Assembly: GCA_032128115.1 (NCBI GenBank)
Contig: JAQBHB010000063.1
Coordinates: forward strand, 1-13,923
DNA from: Deltaproteobacteria bacterium
GTDB lineage: Bacteria > Myxococcota_A > UBA9160 > SMWR01
Direction of reading: 5' to 3'
Length of the DNA: 13,923 bases
In this document: positions 1 through 6,696 of the stretch, piece by piece
Position numbering within the stretch: the stretch's first letter is position 1
Layout of the letters: the number at the start of each line of letters is the position of its first letter
Notes under the pieces: model-generated
Told to the model about the DNA's origin: nothing
The model's database searches: none
The model's input: only the letters and a program-made list of their open reading frames with translations
Translations under genes and position numbers: made by a program

Positions 1-1262
1 GCGCGCTGCTCGGGGAGCAGATCGATCACGGGATGCGGTGTGTTGGGATCGACCTCGGTCGAGTTGGCGCCGGCGAGCCCGGCGACGTGGCGCGCGAACT
101 CGATCACCGAGAACTGCATGCCGAAGCAGATGCCCAGATACGGGATCTTCTTCTCGCGGGCGAAGCGCACCGCCGCGATCTTGCCCTCGGCGCCACGGCC
201 ACCGAAGCCGTGGGGCACCAGGATGCCGTCCACGCCGGAAAGGCGCGTGGTATCGTCGAGTTTCTCCGAGTCGAAATATTCGATCCGCACCCGGGCCTGG
301 TTGGCGAAGCCCCCGTGGTAGAGCGCCTCGTTCAGGCTCTTGTACGACTCGGTGAGATCCGTGTACTTGCCCACCATCCCGATGGTGACTTCCCACTCCG
401 GGTTGGCCACGCGCTGCATCAGCTCGTGCCAGGGCTTGAGGTTCGGCGCGCCGGTCCAGATGTTCAGGCGCTGAACGATCTTGTCGTCGAGGCCCTCGTT
501 GTGGAGGATCAGCGGCACCTCGTAGATGGTCTCCACGTCCTTGGCGGTGATCACCGCGTCTTCGTCCACGTTGCAGAAGAGCGCGATCTTGGCCTTGACG
601 GCCCGCGGCAGGAAGCGGTCGGTGCGGCACAGGATGATGTCGGGCCCGATGCCCACGGTGCGAAGCTCCTTCACCGAGTGCTGCACGGGCTTGGTCTTGA
701 GCTCGCCGGCCGTGGCCACGTAGGGCACCAGCGCGATGTGGATGTAGCAGACGTTGTCGCGGCCCACGTCGGCGCGCACCTGACGGATGGCTTCCAGGAA
801 GGGCAGCGATTCGATGTCGCCCACGGTGCCGCCCACTTCGGTGATCAGGACGTCCACGTCATCGGCGGCCAGATGGATCCGCGACTTGATCTCGTCGGTC
901 ACGTGGGGGATCACCTGGACGGTGCCGCCCAGGTAATCGCCGCGGCGCTCCTTGGAGAGCACCGAGTCGTAGATCTGACCCGCGGTGGCGTTGTTCACCC
1001 GGCCCATGGGGGCGTGGCTGAAACGCTCGTAGTGACCCAGGTCCAGGTCGGTCTCCGCCCCGTCGTGGGTCACGTAGACCTCACCGTGCTGAAGGGGATT
1101 CATCGTGCCCGGGTCGATGTTCAGATACGGGTCGAGCTTCAGGAACGTGATGCGAAGCCCGCGGGCCTCGAGCAGCGCGCCGATGGATGCGGAGGCGAGC
1201 CCCTTTCCCAGCGAGGAGAGCACCCCGCCAGTCACGAAGATGTATTTGGTCTGCCTGGACAA
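1..1262 (-). CDS. pyrG: CTP synthase (3' end runs off the window)
   Basis: Manual minus-strand translation from TTG at 1262 (SD-like AAGGGGGA upstream) gives [21 protein letters not shown]...[40 protein letters not shown]. The glutaminase motif YLGICFGMQ near 112-140 is in the same frame. Absent from the ORF track because there is no stop inside the window. Confidence 0.97.
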   Translation of the reverse strand, partial: MSRQTKYIFVTGGVLSSLGKGLASASIGALLEARGLRITFLKLDPYLNIDPGTMNPLQHGEVYVTHDGAETDLDLGHYERFSHAPMGRVNNATAGQIYDSVLSKERRGDYLGGTVQVIPHVTDEIKSRIHLAADDVDVLITEVGGTVGDIESLPFLEAIRQVRADVGRDNVCYIHIALVPYVATAGELKTKPVQHSVKELRTVGIGPDIILCRTDRFLPRAVKAKIALFCNVDEDAVITAKDVETIYEVPLILHNEGLDDKIVQRLNIWTGAPNLKPWHELMQRVANPEWEVTIGMVGKYTDLTESYKSLNEALYHGGFANQARVRIEYFDSEKLDDTTRLSGVDGILVPHGFGGRGAEGKIAAVRFAREKKIPYLGICFGMQFSVIEFARHVAGLAGANSTEVDPNTPHPVIDLLPEQR

Positions 1263-1274
1263 CCGAATCCCCCT

Positions 1275-1583
1275 TCAGCGCACCCGGGCCGCCGGTTCGT
1301 CCCGCACGGCGTCGGACACACGCACGCCGTGGATGGGAACAAACGGCTCGGGAAGCGAGTCATGCGGAAAGAACCGGGTATCGAGGGTCTCCTCGTATAC
1401 CTCGCGTCGGGTGGCCTCGAGCACGGACTCGCCGGGCTCCACGTAGCCGCCGGGCAGGCCCCAGCAGCCGTTGTCGCTGCGCTGCATCAGAAGCAGATGG
1501 CGCGCGCCCCGCTCGCGCCAGACCACCGCCGAAACGGAGAGCCGGACCTCGGTGGGATCCGTCGCCAGGTACCGCGTGGTCAC
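1275..1583 (-). CDS. Nudix-family hydrolase, apparently internally deleted (about 102 aa; possible pseudogene)
   Basis: VRLSVSAVVW...LLLMQRSDNGCWGLPGGYVEPGESVLEATRREVYEET is a Nudix box (Gx5Ex7REUxEE), followed directly by a C-terminal-like LDTRFFPHDSLPEPF. GTG at 1583 is my preferred start; the 186-aa ORF extension overlaps argC. The stop abuts the pyrG SD. Confidence 0.8.
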   Translation of the reverse strand: MTTRYLATDPTEVRLSVSAVVWRERGARHLLLMQRSDNGCWGLPGGYVEPGESVLEATRREVYEETLDTRFFPHDSLPEPFVPIHGVRVSDAVRDEPAARVR

Positions 1584-1695
1584 GACGGGCGCGAGCGCGG
1601 GCCGTACATGCCCGACACCCCTGCACAGCGGGTGCAGGTCGAGCGCAAGAGCAAGGCTTTCAGGGGCACCATCCAGACCCGGAGTGGTTTGACGG

Positions 1696-1724
1696 TGTTT
1701 AGCGTGCCCCTCCCGCGCCGTCAA
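1696..1724 (-). promoter_or_regulatory. Putative sigma70-type promoter for Nudix-pyrG
   Basis: Minus strand TTGACG (1724-1719), 17-nt spacer, TAAACA (1701-1696). The -35 is near consensus and the -10 is imperfect. Confidence 0.4.
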
Positions 1725-1746
1725 ACTGCGCGGGCGTGAGACGCCG

Positions 1747-2781
1747 TTACGGAAGCAGCGCGGATTCGAGAAGTCCCAGCTCTTCCGGGAGTCCCCGCAT
1801 GAGGTTTGCACACTGAACTGCCTGCCCTCCGGCACCTTTCACCAGATTGTCCAGGGCCGAGAGCAGCACCAGCGTGCCCGTGCGTTCGTCGGAAAAGGCG
1901 GCCACGTCGCAGAAGTTGGTGCCTCGCACCGAGGCCAGATTCGGAGTGGCCCCTGCCGGCAGCACCCGCACGAAGCGCTCGTCGGCATAGGCCCGCTCGA
2001 GCACCGCCCGCGCGTCGGCGGCCGAGAGCGGCGACCGGGGCTGGGCATACACCGACGTGGCGATACCCCGGGTGGTGGGGATCAGATGGGGCACGAAGGT
2101 GATCAGCACCGGTTCTCCCGCCGCGGTGCTGGCTTCCTGCTCGATCTCCGGTCCGTGACGATGCGCGGCCACCTTGTAGGCCATGCAGTTCCCGTCCAGC
2201 TCGGCGAACAGGAACTCGGCGGCCAGCTTGCGCCCAGCGCCGGAGACGCCCGACTTGGAATCCACAAGCACGCGCCCGGTCTCCAGCAGCCCGGCCCGCA
2301 GGAAGGGCACCAGGGGCAGCAGCGCCCCGGTCGGGTAGCAGCCGGCCACCGCCACCAGGGGAGCCCCGCGCAGGGCTTCGCGGTGGAGCTCCGGCAGGCC
2401 GTAGACGGCCTCGGGCAGCAGTTCCGGGGCCGGATGCTCGCCATACCAGGCCTGGTAGGTGGCAAGGCTCCCCAGACGGAAGTCCGCCGAGAGGTCGGCC
2501 ACGGGCACACCCGCCCGGCGCAGGGTGGCCACCGTGGGGGCCGAGGCGGCGTGGGGCAGTGCCGTAAATGCCAGGTCCACCTTGCGGGCCAGGGTCTCCG
2601 GGTCGTTGGCCTCGAAGGCCAGATCCAACTGGCCGCGAAGGGCCGGGAAGGCGTCGCCCACGGATTGTCCGGCTCGCTGCTCTGAAGTCACCGCCACCAG
2701 CTCGAAGATGGGGTGACGCAGCAGGATCCGGACGATCTCCAGGCCCGTGTACCCGCTGGCTCCGACGACTGCGACGCGCAT
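1747..2781 (-). CDS. argC: N-acetyl-gamma-glutamyl-phosphate reductase
   Basis: MRVAVVGASGYTG Rossmann start, ALPH, DLSADFRL, YGLPE, catalytic GCYPT, KSGVSGAGR, DNLVKGAGGQAVQ; SD GGGGAG upstream. Confidence 0.97.
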   Translation of the reverse strand: MRVAVVGASGYTGLEIVRILLRHPIFELVAVTSEQRAGQSVGDAFPALRGQLDLAFEANDPETLARKVDLAFTALPHAASAPTVATLRRAGVPVADLSADFRLGSLATYQAWYGEHPAPELLPEAVYGLPELHREALRGAPLVAVAGCYPTGALLPLVPFLRAGLLETGRVLVDSKSGVSGAGRKLAAEFLFAELDGNCMAYKVAAHRHGPEIEQEASTAAGEPVLITFVPHLIPTTRGIATSVYAQPRSPLSAADARAVLERAYADERFVRVLPAGATPNLASVRGTNFCDVAAFSDERTGTLVLLSALDNLVKGAGGQAVQCANLMRGLPEELGLLESALLP

Positions 2782-2796
2782 GATGTCATCTCCCCG

Positions 2797-2828
2797 AAAA
2801 AGAAACGGGAGGCCACTCGGCCTCCCGT
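2797..2828 (-). terminator. Rho-independent terminator after rpsI
   Basis: Perfect 10-bp stem ACGGGAGGCC/GGCCTCCCGT (2805-2814 and 2819-2828) with a 4-nt loop, followed on the minus strand by TTCTTTTT. Confidence 0.85.
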
Positions 2829-2851
2829 ACCCACATCGGATGATCGGCCGA

Positions 2852-3247
2852 TTAGCGCTTGGAGAACTGGTAACGAGCGCGCGCGCCTCGCTGACCGTAC
2901 TTCTTGCGCTCCTTCTTGCGGGCGTCGCGGGTCAGGAAACCCTTGCGCTTCAGGGCTCCCCGCATCTCCGGGTCGTTCTTCTCCAGTGCCCGCGCGATGC
3001 CGTGGCGCAGGGCGTCGGCCTGCCCGGCCACGCCGCCGCCGGTGATCTTGGCGGTTACGTCGAAACGCGACTCGGCACCCACGGCCTCGAAGGGCTCCTG
3101 CAGGCGCATGAGCAACACCTCGCGCGGAAAGTATTCGGCCATGGGTTTGCCGTTTACCAGCACCTGGCCCGTCCCCAGCCGCATTCGAACGCGCGCGATC
3201 GCGGTCTTGCGCTTGCCGGTCGCGGCGAATTCCTGGACTTCAGCCAA
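2852..3247 (-). CDS. rpsI: 30S ribosomal protein S9
   Basis: ATGKRKTAIARV, GGGVAGQADALRHGIARAL, C-terminal LTRDARKKERKKYGQRGARARYQFSKR. Start assigned to TTG at 3247 (GGAGG upstream, 8-nt overlap with rplM). Confidence 0.97.
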   Translation of the reverse strand: MAEVQEFAATGKRKTAIARVRMRLGTGQVLVNGKPMAEYFPREVLLMRLQEPFEAVGAESRFDVTAKITGGGVAGQADALRHGIARALEKNDPEMRGALKRKGFLTRDARKKERKKYGQRGARARYQFSKR

Positions 3248-3692
3248 CCTCGAGAACCTCCGGCTGTTGGGCCTCATGGGGATGGTCCGGCCCGCAGTAG
3301 ACCTTGAGTTTGCGGAACATCTGTCGCCCCAACGAGTTATGGGGAAGCATGCCGCGCACGGCGGTTCGCACCACCCGGTCGGCGTGGGCCGACTGCAGCA
3401 ACTTGTCGGCGGTGATCGACTTCACGTGGCCCGTATAGCCCGTGTGGTGTTGGTAGATCTTCTGCTCGCGCTTGCGTCCCGTGAGCTTCACCTTCTCGGC
3501 GTTGACCACGATGATGTAGTCGCCGGTGTCGGCATGCGGCGTGAAGAGCGGCTGGTGCTTGCCGCGCAGGCGGCTCGCCACGGCGGTGGCGAGGCGCCCA
3601 AGCACCTGGTCGTCGGCATCCACCAGGTACCAGCGCTTCTCCACATCGCCGGGTCGGGCGCTGCGCGTTGCGCCATGCACTTGCACTCCCAC
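3240..3692 (-). CDS. rplM: 50S ribosomal protein L13
   Basis: WYLVDADDQVLGRLA, LRGKHQPLFTPHADTGD, AVRGMLP, KLKVYCGPDHPHEAQQP. GTG at 3692 chosen because GAGGAG lies 6 nt upstream. Confidence 0.96.
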   Translation of the reverse strand: MGVQVHGATRSARPGDVEKRWYLVDADDQVLGRLATAVASRLRGKHQPLFTPHADTGDYIIVVNAEKVKLTGRKREQKIYQHHTGYTGHVKSITADKLLQSAHADRVVRTAVRGMLPHNSLGRQMFRKLKVYCGPDHPHEAQQPEVLEVG

Positions 3693-3728
3693 GCCGGACT
3701 CCTCGCAAGGCGGTTTCGAGACCGGCAA

Positions 3729-3757
3729 TGGGTACCCGAAGCCCCGCCCAGCGTCAA
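3729..3757 (-). promoter_or_regulatory. Putative promoter of rplM-rpsI
   Basis: Minus strand TTGACG (3757-3752), 17-nt spacer, TACCCA (3734-3729), in the truA-rplM gap. Confidence 0.45.
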
Positions 3758-3795
3758 GCGGGGTGCTGGGGTAAGGCTCTGAATTCTCTTCGGAA

Positions 3796-4536
3796 TCAGT
3801 ACTCGACCCGGACTAGGGTCAGGCCGTGGGCGGGGGCCGAGAGCCCCGCGCGGCTGCGATCGCGGGCCGCCAACAGAGCCGCCATGCCGTCTTGCGAGCG
3901 CCGCCCCAGTCCGACCTCCACCAGGGTCCCGGCCAGGCCTCGCACCATGCGGCGCAGGAAGCCATCGCCCTGCACCCAGAGCCGGATCTCCCCGCGGGCC
4001 TCGCCCTCCAGCTCCAGGCGCGAGATCGTCCGAACGGTGCTGGTCACCGACGAGCCCGTGGTCTGGAGGGAGGCGAAGTCGTGTCTTCCCACCAGAGCCG
4101 TCGCGGCCTGTCGCATGGCCGAAACATCCAGGGGGGCCGGTACGTGCCAGAAGCGGGCGCTCCGTAGGGGCGAGCGGTCTTCTCCGTTCCAGACGGCGTA
4201 GCGATAGAGCTTCGCGCGGGCGTCGCGCAGGGCGTGAAATCCATCGGGCGCGGCCTCGGCCCGCAACACCACCAGGTCGGGCCCCAGGTGGGCGTTCAGG
4301 GCCTTGTAGAGGACCTGGGGCGAGAGCTCCGACGCAACCGGAGCGCTCGCCACCTGGCCCTCGGCGTGGACCCCCGCGTCGGTGCGGCCGGCCCCGATCA
4401 CCCGCACCCGCTCTCCGGTGATGGCCGCGAGGGCGTCTTCCAGGGCGCCCTGCACGCTGCGCACGCCGCCCCGCTGCACCTGCCAGCCGGCGAATGCCCG
4501 TCCGTCGTACTCGAGAGTGAGCCGGATGCAGGGCAC
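3796..4536 (-). CDS. truA: tRNA pseudouridine(38-40) synthase
   Basis: LEYDGRAFAGWQ, GAGRTDAGVHAEGQV (catalytic Asp), GRHDFASL, GFLRRMVR, APAHGLTLVRVEY; GTG start. Confidence 0.96.
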   Translation of the reverse strand: MPCIRLTLEYDGRAFAGWQVQRGGVRSVQGALEDALAAITGERVRVIGAGRTDAGVHAEGQVASAPVASELSPQVLYKALNAHLGPDLVVLRAEAAPDGFHALRDARAKLYRYAVWNGEDRSPLRSARFWHVPAPLDVSAMRQAATALVGRHDFASLQTTGSSVTSTVRTISRLELEGEARGEIRLWVQGDGFLRRMVRGLAGTLVEVGLGRRSQDGMAALLAARDRSRAGLSAPAHGLTLVRVEY

Positions 4537-4548
4537 CGTCGCGGGCGC

Positions 4549-5553
4549 TCAGTCGCTCCGCACGTGCGCCGCGGCGAGCCCGACCACGTTGGCGGCCGTC
4601 AGCGACAGGGGATCGGCGGCGAGCCACAGCAGCAGGCCGCGGTCGCTGGAGGGATCGCGTCGCAGGCGCCCCACCAGCACGACATCGCGCCCCGAGGCGC
4701 TGCGGGTGCTGAGGCGCTCGCCCCCGTCCTTCCAGAACTCGATGCCCGGCGCCCCGTCCAGGACGGCCGCCGCCTGGTTCGGATCGAGCGCCTCGCGCGT
4801 CTCGATGGACAGCACGGCGCCATGACCCACGAACGCCGGCACCTGGACACAGGTCACTCCCAGGCGCACATCGGGCTCGAGCAAGCGCGACAACGCCCGG
4901 GACTGGCTGGCCTCGTGGGCGCTGGGGCCCCCCGCCTCGCCCACGACTCCCACCGCCGGCAGGCAGTCGAAGGCCACGGGCTGGGCGAAGACGTCCGGCG
5001 CCGGAGACTCGGTCTGGCTGAAGATCGCGAGCGCTTCCCGGTAGAGCGACTCGATCCCGTCGCGGCCACCCACCGACGCGGCCTCGAGACCCGTGCCGCT
5101 CACGCGCACCAGGCCCGCGGCACTAGCCAATGGACGCAGCACCAGGCTCCAGGCCAGGGCCAGACCGCCGGCGGCCGCCACCAACGGAGACCGGGCAGCC
5201 GCGCCGGGCTCTTCCAGGGCGGCCACCCGCAGGGGCACGTCACCCTGCGTGGCCAATGCTCCCGAGCAGTCGATGCACGGCACCTCGGCGTGGAGCGCCT
5301 GACGCGCCAACTCGAGCGACTCCGCCGGTGGCGCGCACAGCAGCAGCAGGTCGATCCCCCGCAGGCTCGGCGGCTCGCCGAAGACCGGGTAGACCTCCCC
5401 CTGGAAATCGATGTCGTTTCCCACCGATTGATCGGTGGCCACGGCCACCAGGTCGCGCACCCGAATGTCCGAGGCCTCGAGTGCGCGCAGCACCTCGCTG
5501 CCCAGGGCCCCGGTGGCTCCCACCAGCCCGATGCGTGTTCCCATGGTTGCCAT
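4549..5553 (-). CDS. Aspartate-semialdehyde dehydrogenase-fold protein, Usg-like, probably catalytically inactive
   Basis: From ATG 5553 (TGATG overlap with the leuB stop): IGLVGATGALGSEVL, CIDCSG...DVPL, AFDCLP, TCVQVPAFVGHG, VLVGRLRRD, LWLAADPL follow the Asd architecture. The NPNC catalytic motif is absent. The upstream part of the 646-aa ORF is an alternative frame of leuB. Confidence 0.85.
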   Translation of the reverse strand: MATMGTRIGLVGATGALGSEVLRALEASDIRVRDLVAVATDQSVGNDIDFQGEVYPVFGEPPSLRGIDLLLLCAPPAESLELARQALHAEVPCIDCSGALATQGDVPLRVAALEEPGAAARSPLVAAAGGLALAWSLVLRPLASAAGLVRVSGTGLEAASVGGRDGIESLYREALAIFSQTESPAPDVFAQPVAFDCLPAVGVVGEAGGPSAHEASQSRALSRLLEPDVRLGVTCVQVPAFVGHGAVLSIETREALDPNQAAAVLDGAPGIEFWKDGGERLSTRSASGRDVVLVGRLRRDPSSDRGLLLWLAADPLSLTAANVVGLAAAHVRSD

Positions 5554-6635
5554 CAGCTCGCCCCCAGCTGTTCCAGCACGTGATCCCCCATGGCCGCGCA
5601 GCCCGTAATGGGAGCGTCGTCTCCGGGCGCCACCAGATCGGCCGTGCGGTAGCCCTTGTCCAACACCGCCTCCACCGCGTCGCGCACGGCGCGAGCCGCC
5701 TCGGGTGCCTCGAGCGAATGCTCCAGCAACAGGGCCGCCGACAGGATCGCCGCCAGGGGATTCGCGACATCGGCCCCGGCGATGTCCGGGGCCGAGCCGT
5801 GCACGGGCTCGAACAGACCGATGCCGCCCTCGCCCAGGCTTGCCGAGGGCAGCATGCCCAGGGATCCGGTGATCATGGCCGCCTCGTCCGACAGGATGTC
5901 GCCGAACAGGTTGCTGGTCACGATCACGTCGTAGTCGCGAGGCTGGCGCAGCAGCAGCATGGCCATGGAGTCCACCAACTGGTGGCTGAGTTCGATGTCC
6001 GGATAATCCTTCGAGACCTCCTCGAGCACCGAAACCCAAAGCTGCGAAACTTCCAGGACGTTTGCCTTGTGCACGTGGCAGAGCTCGCGCCGGCGACGGC
6101 CCGCGGCCTCGAAGGCCACGCGGGCGATGCGATCGATCTCGACCTCGTCGTAGACCATGGTGTTGCGGGCCTCGCGGCGCCCATCCACCAGCGCGATGCC
6201 GCGCGGCTCGCCGAAGTAGAGACCGCCCGTGAGTTCGCGCACCACCAGCAGGTCGATACCTTCCACCACCTCGCGCTTCAGGGTCGAGGCGTCGGCCAGG
6301 GCCGGAAACACGGTGGCCGGCCGCAGGTTGGCGAACAGGCCCAATTCCTTGCGGATGCGCAGCAGTCCCCGCTCCGGCCGGGTGTCCACCGACAGGGCGT
6401 CCCACTTCGGGCCGCCCACGGCGCCCAGAAGCACCGCGCTGCAGGTACGCGCCCGGTCGAGTACGTCGTCGGCGAGTGGCGTGCCGCACGCGTCGATGGA
6501 GGCGCCTCCGATCAGCCCCTCCTCGAACCCGAGGCCCAGCGAAAAACGCGCAGCCACAGCCTCGAGAACGCGCCGCGCCTGGGCCGTCACTTCGGGACCG
6601 ATCCCGTCACCGGGGAGAATCAGGATTCGATGCAT
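5553..6635 (-). CDS. leuB: 3-isopropylmalate dehydrogenase
   Basis: MHRILILPGDGIGPEV, ANLRP, VVRELTGGLYFG, HKANVLE, NLFGDILSDEAAMITGSLGMLPSASLG, EPVHGSAPDIAG. ATG 6635 preceded by GGGAG. Confidence 0.97.
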   Translation of the reverse strand: MHRILILPGDGIGPEVTAQARRVLEAVAARFSLGLGFEEGLIGGASIDACGTPLADDVLDRARTCSAVLLGAVGGPKWDALSVDTRPERGLLRIRKELGLFANLRPATVFPALADASTLKREVVEGIDLLVVRELTGGLYFGEPRGIALVDGRREARNTMVYDEVEIDRIARVAFEAAGRRRRELCHVHKANVLEVSQLWVSVLEEVSKDYPDIELSHQLVDSMAMLLLRQPRDYDVIVTSNLFGDILSDEAAMITGSLGMLPSASLGEGGIGLFEPVHGSAPDIAGADVANPLAAILSAALLLEHSLEAPEAARAVRDAVEAVLDKGYRTADLVAPGDDAPITGCAAMGDHVLEQLGAS

Positions 6636-6696
6636 GGTCTCCCGGGGCCGCGGGTCGCGCGTATGCGGACCCCGGCCAGGCCGTTTCCGTTCCCCG

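Noticed and set aside
33..1739. 568-aa plus-strand ORF
   Set aside because: Antisense shadow of pyrG and the Nudix gene; no recognisable motifs; long reverse-frame ORFs are expected at high GC.
3772..3784. IHF-like ATTCAGAGCCTTA upstream of the rplM promoter
   Set aside because: Imperfect match to a short degenerate consensus; not distinguishable from chance.
6641..6676. GC-rich inverted repeat between leuA and leuB
   Set aside because: Short, bulged stem with no U-tract; expected by chance at this GC content.
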